Origin: Azolla caroliniana
Taxonomy: Eukaryota > Plantae > Polypodiophyta
DNA length: 64,000 nucleotides
Reading direction: 5' to 3'
Assembly: GCA_043228905.1 (NCBI GenBank)
Contig: JBHGNT010000005.1
Coordinates: forward strand, 7,812,001-7,876,000
This document shows, piece after piece, positions 24,567-35,540 of this stretch (position 1 is its first letter; every line of letters begins with the position of its first letter). The translations under genes and the position numbers were made by a program. The notes beneath the pieces are model-generated. The model did not search any database and was not told the origin of the DNA. It saw only the letters and a program-made list of their open reading frames with translations.

Positions 24567-26921
24567 TTATACACCTTTTTCTTTGATGAACCGTTCCTTA
24601 GCCTCAGTGATTGAGACTTGGAGAGTCATCACCTCTCGTTCTCGTGCTTCAAGAGCGACCGACCTTTCAGCAAGCAAGCGCTTGAGGTTTGCTTCGCGGC
24701 TCGCGACTTGTTCTCGTTGTTGGCCAAGAATATTGTTGTGATTCTGTTCGGCCATTTCGGCCAACGCGATCTAGGCCTGAAGCTCCTCCTAGTAGTCCCT
24801 AAGGGGAGGCCCTGTCTAGGTTGCCGCTTGCTGGAGTTGTGCCGAGGACTCCCTGTCTGTTTGTGTCGCTCATTCCATGACTTCCGGAGGTGGTGGCGTT
24901 TGTGTCGAGGCGTGGCTGGTTTGGGGGTGCGGGCTGATATCTGCTCGTCACGATGGCTCACTTGCCTGTACCCAGTCTGTCATTGTGCTGGCCTCGGCCG
25001 TGGCTACCGTGGGGTGGGCGGTGTCGTCTTTGTGTGCTACGATACCTTCAGCACTCGGGCTCAGGTTCGGAAGAGTGGCTGGTGAGACAACTTCACTCGG
25101 CACAGGGAGGATTAAGGGCGGTTGTTGCTGCGTGAGTGTCGCCTGTTTCTCCTCGGCGGCTTGCCATAGGTCGGTAGCCCGTTTGGCTTGTTGATGCACC
25201 GTTTTGATATGTCGGGCCATGTCCTTGGCTGCCCGAGTAGTGTGGTGTAGATTGCGATATGCCTCGACTAAGGCCATGTTCAGATCCGGTAGTTCCATGA
25301 GAAGCGAAGCATTTTGGACTTGCTTCTTCCGTCCTATCTTTTGTAAGGCTCGATCCTCGTAAGGTTCGATTTCACCCATTAGCATGCGTTGGATCATCTT
25401 TGTTTCGGCGTGCTCCTCGGCCATACGAGCGGCGACAGCTACTTAGGTGTGCTCGAGGAAATCCATTAACTCGTAAGTTGTGCCCAGTCGAAGTAGGGCA
25501 CTGAACTCGTATGCCTCCGTGGGGAGATCGTTGTACCCGAGGACTTCCTCCTCTGATATATGCGTGGTTTGGCCATGCTCAATCGTTCCGACTTGGAGCC
25601 ATGACTTAGTTGGTACTATGTCTGTGGAGGGGGGGCTAGCCTCTTTTGATTTCTGCCGCTGGTCGCCTTCAGTTTCTGTGGTTGCCTCTCGAATGATACA
25701 ATGTCTTTTTGGCGGTTGGTCATGCGCGTCCGGGGCTGGTGGTGTTGGCTCCTCGGCCTGTTTCCTCTTCTGCTACCGGGTGGCCGAGGGATGTTGGCTA
25801 GTGGGCCGTGGGCTCGGTTGAGGAGAGGTCATTGATGTCCTTGGTGGCCTCTAGCGTATGGTGACATCCTCGGGGATGGCCTCCTCGACCTCATCCCATT
25901 CGACACAGGTTGCTCTCACCGCCCGTTGTCTTTGTGTTTTTGGTGGGGGTGGGGTCGAGGCGGAAACGGGGTGCCGAACGCCTGTGGGAGGTAGAGAAGA
26001 CGAGGATTCTTCCCATTCTTCCTGAGTTATCTCCAAAATCTGCCCGCATTGTTTCCGTGGTGGTGGCGGAGAGATTAGGGTGCGACGAGGGGAAACCGAA
26101 GGAGGTGGGTAGAGGACTGTAAGGAAGTGGTTGATCACAGGCAACAGACGCTTACCGGTTTGGAAGGATTCGAGCGCCGCCTGAATTCCTTCGCCTGTGA
26201 TGATTCCCCAGTCGATTTTGTTTCCCTCGTAAGCACTGATGATGATCGCCGCTTTGCTCTGTGGCATACTGGTACGGTTGGTATGCACGAACGCGTACTC
26301 CATCAAGATGCGAGCGAGTTCCCCGAATGCCTTGTTGGATCCACCGTAGGTGCAGTAGGCTTTACCAGATATGGAATACGCACAAAAGTATTCCTTCAGG
26401 GTCGTGGAAGGGGGAATCTCGACCTCAAGGTCACCTCGTTTCAGGTCCAAGGCAACACGAATCATATTGTTGGTGACTGTGTTCAGGTGGATTCGTTGTG
26501 CGAATGCTTGGGCATCAGGGTGTGCAGGGGCATCGATCACCTTTAAATAACCACCCAAGCCTCGTTCCTGAAACTAGGAGTGGGTTTCCGGTGAAGCTGC
26601 AAGAGGCATACTGGACTTGGGGTTCTGTTGTGTGGAAGATTGGGGAAGGAGGATTCGACCAGGCCGAGACAGAGTGAGGGAAGGAGATGGTTGTGGTGCG
26701 GCAGCGGGGCTACGAGGGCAAGAGAGGGCTTGTGAGCAAGAGCAGTGGGAGCGATGAACGTGTTGAGAGCGAGAGGAAGCTTGAGAGCGTGGAAGCGATG
26801 AATGTTGGGTGTGCAAGAAAACGTCTATGTGTGGAGTGGGCTTGGGGTAACTGTTTTTTAGCGAACGCCTAGGGTTTTGTACATGAAGAGGAGCCTGGAG
26901 ATTCTTGGGCGTGGATGCCAT
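24567..26921 (-). pseudogene. Extra 3' ORF of the Gypsy element (about 785 codons, one frame, several stops)
   Basis: ORF pieces 26574-26921, 25851-26558, 24948-25424 and 24567-24764 share one reading frame. Globular IDWG-containing segment, Pro-rich linker and coiled-coil-like C-terminus. Confidence 0.7.
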
Positions 26922-29900
26922 AATAGGATATTATGGCCACCTGTCCTAGGGAGTTAGTATTGCGCCTTGGATGTTGTGCATGTGCCTTTAAATACTTAAG
27001 TGAATGTGAAAGTGACTAATGGGTGCCTCTAACCTGACATGATTTGGGTGAGGTGGTAGGTGGTGTAGGTGGAACTAACTAATTGCTAAAACTATGCCTC
27101 ATCCTACCTAATGTCTACTTTGGAATGCTGGTGGGTCCTTACCGAGGGGGACGCGTGGCCTCCTTCGTGGCCGTGTCCGTGTCGTGAGACTCAGCGAAAG
27201 GGTTGGCTGGGGTATTTCCCTGGTACGGTCGTAGTCGGAATTGATTCACCCTGCTTTTTACTATTTCCCCGGCGAGGGTGCCGTGCTGGAACGTGCCGTT
27301 AAACTCGTCAATAATCCAGAAGGGGCCGGTCCATCGAAATCGTAACTTTCCTGGCATAGTACTGAGTCGCGTCTGGAAAACGAGGACCGGTTTGCTTATG
27401 GTCAGTTCTTGTTCCAATCCCTTCCGATGTCGGTCCACAAAGGATTTTCGTTGGCGTTGGCGCTGTTCAAGTTGGGCCATGTTCACTACTCGGTCCTCGC
27501 CAAGTTCGAGGAGTTGTTCCAGCCTCAATTGTTCGGATTGGGCCTCGGGAAGTCGTGCTTTAACTTGCACTTGGAACTCGATGGGCATAACGACTTCTAG
27601 ACCAAAAGCCATCCAAAAGGGGGTGGATTGAATGCTCGTTTTGAATGTCGTGCAGTAAGCCCACAGTGCACTATGGAACTTGTCATCCCAATCGGTGCGG
27701 TTCTCGTTGACGATCTTCTTCAGGATTGTTTGGAGAATTTTGTTAGTCGATTCTACCAATCCGTTTGCCTGCGGATAGTATGGTGTGCTTTTCTTATGTA
27801 CCACTACGTAGTGAGTCGTAAGCTCGCGTATTATATGGTTTATAAAGTGCCCACCTTGATCACTAACGAGCTCAATTGGACATCCATAACAGCACCAGAG
27901 ATGTTCGTACACGAATTTGGCCGTGGACGTTGCCGTGTTGTCTCGTAAAGCCTTTGCCTCAACCCATTTTGTGCAGTAGTTTGTGGCGACGATGATATAC
28001 TTATTACCGGTTCGGGCCGCGGCTGGTTTGAAGGGTCCCACAAAATCTAACCCCCATTTTTGAAATGGTTCCAATGGAAGAATGGGTTGGTGTGGCATTC
28101 GAGCTTGTTCCATCGGCTGTCCCAACCATTGGGACAAATCGCACTGTCGGCAGAACTCGTGGGCATCCTTTTTCGTTGTAGGCCACCATAACCCACTCTA
28201 CCATACTTTTCGTGCCGTGGACTCTCCAGCGTAGTGTCCGCCGGCGATTCCGAGGTGGGCCTCTTGGAGGATGGCCTTCTTCTCGAATTGTCAAATGGCC
28301 CGACGCCATATTCCGTCCGAGCCTTTGTGATAGAGGATGTCCGAAACTAGACAAAAGTTGCGGCTACGTACTATGAGTTGTTTCCGTACATCGAGGGCCA
28401 TGTGGTCGGGAGGCAAAGCAGTACTAAGGAAATGGGTCATCTCCGTGATCCATTAATCTTCTTTGTCATCGGTTAGCGTTGCGAGATGAAATAAGCCGGC
28501 ATCGGGTAGATCGTCATACGTGGGCTCGACAGGGTCTTCGGACTCGAGGCGGCTTAGGTAATCGGCAACGGCGTGTTGAACTCCGGGTTGATGTTGTATA
28601 TGAAAATCAAACTCTTGTAATAGGAGCATCCATCGAGCCAGTCGACCTGTCAGGGCTTGTTTATTAACCAGGTAGAGGAGGGCCGAGTGATCGACGTGAA
28701 AGGCGAATTTTCGGCCTAAGAGGTAATGCCAAAATTTACTGATGTTGTAGATCATACCGAGGGCCTCCCATTCGGTGGTTGAATAGTTCTTTTCCGCGGC
28801 CGAGAGATGTCGGCTAGTATAATACACTGGCCGATACCAATTTGGGGGCGTGCATTGCATAAGTGCGCTCCTGAGGGCAATATCTGATGTGTCCATGAAG
28901 ACGTGAACAGGTTCCGACCATCTCGGGGGTTGTACAACTGGGGCATGCGAGAGCATTAATTTCAATCCTTGGTAAGCCTCATCCTCGATTTAAGTCCATT
29001 TAAAGGGGAGTTGATGCACCGCCGCGTGTAGTGTTGTCACGAAATCGGCCATGACGATACCTTCTTGATTGACGATGTGTCCGAGTAGGTTGCCGCTTGT
29101 GAACAAGAACGCACACTTTGTCGGGTTTAAACTTAATTGAGCCTGGTGACATCGATCAAGACAGAGGCGTAACTGGGTCATGTGTTCCAGTCGCTGACCA
29201 TATACGGCGAAGTCGTCAAGAAAGACTTGCATTAACGCCGGGATATACTCGTTAAAAATTTCGGTAATGATGCGCCGGTACGTGGCCGACGCTGTTTTTA
29301 AACCGAACATCATGACTTCTGCCACGAAAACACCCCATTCCGTGACAAATGTTGTTTTCTCTTGATCATCTAGGTGCATTCTAATTTGGTTGTACCCACT
29401 AAACCCGTCTAGAAAGCTGTAACATTTGTGACCTACCACCGTGTCGAGAACACTATCCGTGAACGGCAGAGGGAATCCATCCGTGACCATTGCAGCATTA
29501 CGCTTGCAGTAGTCCACACAGACTCGGATTTTCCCGTTTTTCTTGGGGACGACTACGATTGGGCTTAACCATGTGGCGTGTTTTACCAGTCATATGAACC
29601 CGACTCAGAGGAGCTTGTCTATTTCTTCCTTGACCTTAGCCGCATAATTGGGGTTCATTCGGTATTGTCTTTGCTGAACCGGACAAGCGTCTGGGAGAAG
29701 GTGGATTTGATGTTGGTAGTATTGTGGGTCCAAACCCTTCATATTCGTGTAAGACCATGCGAATACATCCTGGTAATCGGTGAGTAAGTGGATGAGGGTT
29801 GCTCGTTCACCGGCTGGTAAGTTATTAGCAATCTGTAGGGTCCGAGGGGTCTCGTCCGAACCGAGGTTCAGTGTTTCGAGCGTTGATGCCTTCACGCGTT

Positions 29901-30184
29901 GGGAGGTGTATTCACCGTGACCTCCTCGTCTAGAGGTGTGCCGACGGCCGATATGGCTTCGATTTCAAAGAGAGGTATGATAGTGGGATGGTCTTCTAGG
30001 AAATCATCCACCTCGTCATCGGCTAATCCATCGAGCATGTGCACCCCTTCCGCGTATAACGACGACGTGTTGTGGGGCGTGGTTACGCGTTCTTCGGTTA
30101 TGATCCGGGCCTTGGTCTTTCCTCGGCGAAACGAGATGATGTTGCGTTGCCAATGTTGTTTAATATTGGCTGTGCGCAACCATG

Positions 30185-30791
30185 TGATAGGAATCGATGC
30201 TTCGATTTACCTTCTTCTCTCGGCCACAACCGAGTAATCGCGGATCAATGCAGCAGAAAATAGAAACCAAAGAGAGAAACATACGAGTACACAGGGATTA
30301 ACGTGGAAAACCCTAGATGGGAAAAACCACGGGAGTACAAGACTCCAAACAACACTATACAAGAGAAGTATACAATGACGAGCTCCAAGGCGACGACCTT
30401 GAGCTCGCTGTCCTCGCCACAGGCGGCGGAAATACACCGAGGCGTCGTCCTCTTCCTCTCTCGCGCTCTATCTCTCACTCTGTCTCACGGCTGCTCCCTC
30501 TTCACTCCTCTTGAGTGGAAAAACAGAAAAATAAGAAGCAACACAAAAACTGTTTGCCCTAAGTCATATTTATACTTATATGACTTTGGGCTATTTACAA
30601 CTGTAGCCTCAGGGGCCCATAGCGAACATATTCACGGATATGTCCCTGCATCCGGATCGCTCTCCGGGTACATTCGTCATCCGGTACTGAAACCGGGGTC
30701 TTCGTCATCCGGATCCGAAACCGAAACCGGGCTTGTCGGCATTCATCTTCGATATCCGACCATCCCATCCGAAGGGACCGTAATCCCAACA
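30185..30791 (-). repeat. 3' LTR of the nested Copia (607 bp)
   Basis: Matches 34906-35540 apart from a 28-bp unit and about 2 substitutions. Confidence 0.95.
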
Positions 30792-30801
30792 AACTCCCCC
30801 T

Positions 30802-33800
30802 TCACTTCGGCATGGGATGTCTCTCCAATCCGATCCTCTTCCGGCATGCTTCCAGCTTGTCGGGTGTGAGGACCTTGGTCAGCATATCCGACCCGTTCTC
30901 GTCTGTGTGGATCTTTGTCAGCACGAACTCCTTGTCTTCTATCCTTTCCCGGATCCAGTGATATCTTCGCTGGATGTGCTTCGTCCGGGAGTGATAGGCC
31001 GCGTTCTTCGCAAGGTGGATTGCACTCTGACTGTCGCAGTAGAGTCGGTACTCCTCCTGTTGGATACCGAGCTCTCTAATGAAGTCCTTCATCCATATTA
31101 TTTCCTTGCCGGCTTCAACTGCCGCCATGTACTCCGCCTCCGTGGTTGACAACGCAACCGTCTTCTGCAGCCTCGACTGCCATGAAACAGCTCCCCCTGC
31201 ATACGTCATCACATACCCTGATGTGGACCGGCTGGTATCTGCATCAGCCGACATATCCGAATCGGTAAAGCCGTCGAGTTCGGGCTTTCCGGAGCCGAAT
31301 CGGAGGCACACGTTTGCCGTGCCCTTCAGGTATCGGAGTATCCACTTGGCCGCGTTCCAATGCTCTTTGCCGGGATTGCTCATGTACCGGCTCACCACTC
31401 CGACTGCATATCCGATGTCCGGTCTCGTACACACCATGGCGTACATCAAGCTCCCGACGGCTGAGGCATACGGTACTTTCATCATATCCTCCTTTTCAGC
31501 CTTTGTCTTGGGACTTTGCTTGCTGGACAGCTTGCAGTTTGTCGGGAGGGTCGATCCGACCGGTCTTGCTTCCGACATGTTGAACCGGTGAAGCACCTTC
31601 GTCACGTACTTCTCCTGTGACAGCCACAACTGCTTCTTCTTCCGGTCCCGGATGATGTGCATCCCTAGTATTTGCCTCGCCGGACCCAGGTCCTTCATTG
31701 AGAAGGTTCGGTGAAGAGCCTTCTTCAGCATCCGTATCTTGACCTGATCCCGTCCGACGATCAACATGTCGTCCACGTACAGGAGGAGTATTAGAGAGTC
31801 TCCTTCTTCGAACTTCTTCACAAACACGAAGTGGTCGGACTGCGTTTTGAGGTACCCTTCGTCGGTCATGAAGGAGTCAAACTTCCGGTACCACTGCCGG
31901 GGAGCCTGCTTCAGTCCGTAAAGGCTCTTCTTCAACCGGCATACCAGGTGCTCCTTCCCTTTCTTCTCGAATCCTTCCGGTTGCTGCATGTAGATCTCTT
32001 CTTCGAGGTCACCGTGAAGGAATGTCGTCTTCACGTCCATCTGTTCTACCTCGAGGTCCATGCTTGCCGCTATGCTCAGCACCGTTCGGATGGAGGTCAT
32101 CTTCACTACCGGAGCAAATATCTCGTCGAAGTCGACGCCCTTCTTCTGCTGAAACCCCTTCACCACGATCCTGGCTTTGTATCTCGGGGGGTTTCCGGCA
32201 TCTCCCGGTTTCAGCTTGAACACCCACTTGTTTCGAAGTGCCCGCTTTCCTTTCGGCAACTCCACAAGTTCATATGTGTGGTTCTCATGCAGGGAATCCA
32301 TCTCGTCCTGCATGGCACTCAACCACCTGCGGCTCTGGGTGTCATGCTTTGCTTCTTCAAAGCTCTCCGGCTCCCCCTCGTCGGTTAGCAGCACGTGCTC
32401 TGGTTCCGGAAATCTCCGGGGGGCCCTTCTCTCTCTTAGAGGATATCTCCGTTCCGGAGCTTCGGTAACCGGTTCTTCCGATTCTTCTTCATCCGAATCC
32501 ATTTCGTGATCGGGGCCGGTTCCGGTATCATTTTCGTCTTCTTCGGCCGGTTCGGTTTCTTCACCGTCTTCGGCCGGATCCTCGAGTGCTAACCGGTCCC
32601 TTGCCGGTCGGGACTGCTCCTCGTAGAGTTTATCCTCACCGGTTGACTTGGAGCTCTTCATCTTCTTCTTCGACTCCCAGTCGGCGAGTGTCTTGTCCTC
32701 CATGAAGATGATGTCTCGACTCCTGAATATCTTCTTGTCAACCGGGTCCCATACTCGGTAGCCGAACTCGTCGTCGCCGTATCCGAGGAATATGCATGGC
32801 CGGGTCTTTGGATCTAGCTTTCCTCTCCGGTCCTTTGCCACATGCACGTATGCGAGACACCCGAACACCTTCAGATGCCGGTAGGATACTTCCCTACCGG
32901 TCCACACTCTCTGCGGCGTGTCTCCGTCCAAAGGTACTGAGGGTGATCTGTTTATCACGTATGTCGCCGTCGACATCGCCTCAGCCCAAAAACCCTTGGG
33001 TAATTCCGCATGCGCCAGCATACTCCGGACCCTCTCCATTATGGTCCGATTCATCCTCTCGGCCAGCCCGTTCAGTTCCGGCGTCTTCGGCACAGTAAAC
33101 TCGAGTCGGATTCCCTTCGAGCGACAGTACTCCTGGAACTGCCCCCGGTATTCCCCTCCGTTATCCGCTCGTATCGCTTTCAGCTTCTTGCCGGATTCCC
33201 TTTCCACTCTCGCGTGGAGTTCTTTGAAGACGCACAACACTTGGTCCTTTGTCTTCAGCGGTGCCGTCCACAACTTCCGGCTATGATCATCAATGAATGT
33301 TACGAAGTACTGGGCTCCGCCATGTGACTTCGTTTCTACCTGACACACATCAGTGTGCACCAACTCCAATGGTGCGCTACGTCTCGTCGGTGGCCTTGAG
33401 TGGAAGGAGGTTCGGTTCTGCTTACCGGCCAGGCAATCGGTGCACTTCTCCAGGTGCACATGCTTCACTGGGATAAGGTTGTCTTCTGCAAGCCTCTTCA
33501 TCCCCTTCTCACTCATGTGGCACAGTCTCTTGTGCCACAGCTCACCGGCAGTGTCGGCTGCCACATTCAGCTCTTCCGGACATAACCGGGCATTCATCAG
33601 GTACAGTGTGTTGACTTTCCGGGCCCGAGCCACTATCAGGCTCCCCTTGCTGAACTTCATTACGCCGTTCCGGATGCTACCTGTGTAGCCTTCATCGTCT
33701 AGCCTCCTGGCCGAAATCAGGTTCAATCGAACCTCCGGAACGTGTCGGACATCCTTCAGCAGCATTTTGCATCCGGTCGGGGTTGTCAACCACACGTCTC

Positions 33801-34875
33801 CGATGCCGGCAATCCGGCACGTACCTTCATTTCCCATCCGAACACAGCCATGCTCGCCGGCTGTGTAGGATGAGAAGTATCTTCTCTCCGGGGTCAGGTG
33901 GAACGATGCTCCGGAATCGACCACCCAGGTCGTCTCATCGCCGACAATGTTTAGTTCACCTTCTTCGGTGATGAGCATGATCTCCTCTTCACTTGCCGCG
34001 AGTGCCGTCGTTCCTTTCCGGTCCTGTCCTCGCCGATCCGAACCATTTCGGTCCGTGGCTCCCCGGTATGCACCGTTTCTCTCCGGTGACTTCTTCGAAT
34101 CGGTGTTGTCGGTTCCATTGTCCTTTCGGTAATGCCGACAATTCTTTCGGAAGTGCCCGGGCTTCCCACAGTGGAAGCATGTGGGCCTTCCTCTTGACTG
34201 CGATCGGGTCCCCGACTTCTCCCGTCTTTGCGGACTCCGGTTCCATTGTCTTCCCCGATCCGATTCGGTAAACAACATCTTCGGGTCGGAGGCCGGTTCC
34301 TTGTCTCTCCGACGCGCTTCTTCGTTCAAAATACTTGTCTTTACCGTTTGCAAGGACAAGTTATCTTCTGTGCAGGAGGTGCTGAGAGTCACCACCAAGT
34401 TCTCCCAGCTTTCCGGCAATGTACACATCAGGATGATGGCTTGCATTGCATCCTCCAACGGGAACTTGATCGCCGCAAGCTGATTCACGAATCCCATGAA
34501 CGTGCTTACGTGTTCCACCATACTCTCGCCGTCCCGGTACTTGAGATTCACTATCTTCCTCATCAGGGAGGTCCGGTTCAACGCATTCTTCCTCTCATAG
34601 AGGCCCGACAGCTTCTTCCACATCTCATATGCGTTGGTGTCGTTCGCCACATGTTGTAGGACGCTTACATCGACATATTGTCGGATCGTCGCTACGGCTT
34701 TCCGGTTCAGGAGCTTCCACTCCGACTCAAGTACCCCTTTCGATATTTCCAACCTGTCAATCGGTTCGTACAGGTCCCGAACAATCAGGAGATCCTCCAT
34801 CTTGATCTTCCAGTCGGCGTAATTCTGCGCATTCAGCACCATCATCCCCGGCTGCCCGCTACCGCCGCCTTCCAT
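30802..34875 (-). CDS. Copia Gag-Pol polyprotein (gag-CCHC-PR-INT-RT-RNase H), uninterrupted, about 1357 aa
   Basis: Single ORF from the ATG of MEGGG: CFHCGKPGHFRKNC, VVDSGAS, WHKRLCH..CTDC, HTDVC..ADNGGE..AERMNRT, LYVDDML, FTDSD..TEAEY..YCDSQSA..SDMLTK. Confidence 0.95.
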   Translation of the reverse strand: MEGGGSGQPGMMVLNAQNYADWKIKMEDLLIVRDLYEPIDRLEISKGVLESEWKLLNRKAVATIRQYVDVSVLQHVANDTNAYEMWKKLSGLYERKNALNRTSLMRKIVNLKYRDGESMVEHVSTFMGFVNQLAAIKFPLEDAMQAIILMCTLPESWENLVVTLSTSCTEDNLSLQTVKTSILNEEARRRDKEPASDPKMLFTESDRGRQWNRSPQRREKSGTRSQSRGRPTCFHCGKPGHFRKNCRHYRKDNGTDNTDSKKSPERNGAYRGATDRNGSDRRGQDRKGTTALAASEEEIMLITEEGELNIVGDETTWVVDSGASFHLTPERRYFSSYTAGEHGCVRMGNEGTCRIAGIGDVWLTTPTGCKMLLKDVRHVPEVRLNLISARRLDDEGYTGSIRNGVMKFSKGSLIVARARKVNTLYLMNARLCPEELNVAADTAGELWHKRLCHMSEKGMKRLAEDNLIPVKHVHLEKCTDCLAGKQNRTSFHSRPPTRRSAPLELVHTDVCQVETKSHGGAQYFVTFIDDHSRKLWTAPLKTKDQVLCVFKELHARVERESGKKLKAIRADNGGEYRGQFQEYCRSKGIRLEFTVPKTPELNGLAERMNRTIMERVRSMLAHAELPKGFWAEAMSTATYVINRSPSVPLDGDTPQRVWTGREVSYRHLKVFGCLAYVHVAKDRRGKLDPKTRPCIFLGYGDDEFGYRVWDPVDKKIFRSRDIIFMEDKTLADWESKKKMKSSKSTGEDKLYEEQSRPARDRLALEDPAEDGEETEPAEEDENDTGTGPDHEMDSDEEESEEPVTEAPERRYPLRERRAPRRFPEPEHVLLTDEGEPESFEEAKHDTQSRRWLSAMQDEMDSLHENHTYELVELPKGKRALRNKWVFKLKPGDAGNPPRYKARIVVKGFQQKKGVDFDEIFAPVVKMTSIRTVLSIAASMDLEVEQMDVKTTFLHGDLEEEIYMQQPEGFEKKGKEHLVCRLKKSLYGLKQAPRQWYRKFDSFMTDEGYLKTQSDHFVFVKKFEEGDSLILLLYVDDMLIVGRDQVKIRMLKKALHRTFSMKDLGPARQILGMHIIRDRKKKQLWLSQEKYVTKVLHRFNMSEARPVGSTLPTNCKLSSKQSPKTKAEKEDMMKVPYASAVGSLMYAMVCTRPDIGYAVGVVSRYMSNPGKEHWNAAKWILRYLKGTANVCLRFGSGKPELDGFTDSDMSADADTSRSTSGYVMTYAGGAVSWQSRLQKTVALSTTEAEYMAAVEAGKEIIWMKDFIRELGIQQEEYRLYCDSQSAIHLAKNAAYHSRTKHIQRRYHWIRERIEDKEFVLTKIHTDENGSDMLTKVLTPDKLEACRKRIGLERHPMPK

Positions 34876-34905
34876 TTTCTGCAGCAGTTCGCTCTGATAC
34901 CAGTT

Positions 34906-35540
34906 TGATAGGAATCGATGCTTCGATTTACCTTCTTCTCTCGGCCACAACCGAGTAATCGCGGATCAATGCAGCAGAAAATAGAAACCAAAGAGAGAAA
35001 CATACGAGTACACAGGGATTAACGTGGAAAACCCTAGATGGGAAAAACCACGGGAGTACAAGACTCCAAACAACACTATACAAGAGAAGTATACAATGAC
35101 GAGCTCCAAGGCGACGACCTTGAGCTCGCTGTCCTCGCCACAGGCGGCGGAAATACACCGAGGCGTCGTCCTCTTCCTCTCTCGCGCTCTATCTCTCACT
35201 CTGTCTCACGGCTGCTCCCTCTTCACTCCTCTTGAGTGGAAAAACAGAAAAATAAGAAGCAACACAAAAACTGTTTGCCCTAAGTCATATTTATACTTAT
35301 ATGACTTTGGGCTATTTACAACTGTAGCCTCAGGGGCCCATAGCGAACATATTCACGGATATGTCCCTGCATCCGGATCGCTCTCCGGGTACATTCGTCA
35401 TCCGGTACCGAAACCGGGGTCTTCGTCATCCGGTACCGAAACCGGGGTCTTCGTCATCCGGATCCGAAACCGAAACCGGGCTTGTCGGCATTCATCTCCG
35501 ATATCCGACCATCCCATCCGAAGGGACCGTAATCCCAACA
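34906..35540 (-). repeat. 5' LTR of the nested Copia (635 bp)
   Basis: Adjacent to the Met PBS. Has an extra copy of CGTCATCCGGTACCGAAACCGGGGTCTT. Confidence 0.95.

Larger units (their letters stand above)
30185..35540 (-). mobile_element. Full-length young Ty1/Copia element (Tnt1/Tork-like)
   Basis: LTRs 30185-30791 and 34906-35540 are near-identical with TG..CA ends. TSD CCATG (30180-30184 and 35541-35545). tRNA-iMet PBS TGGTATCAGAGC (34902-34891). PPT GAAGGGGGAG next to the 3' LTR. Confidence 0.97.

Noticed and set aside
30817-34908. Many + strand ORFs over the Copia polyprotein
   Set aside because: Antisense shadows of a GC-rich coding frame, with no recognisable domains.
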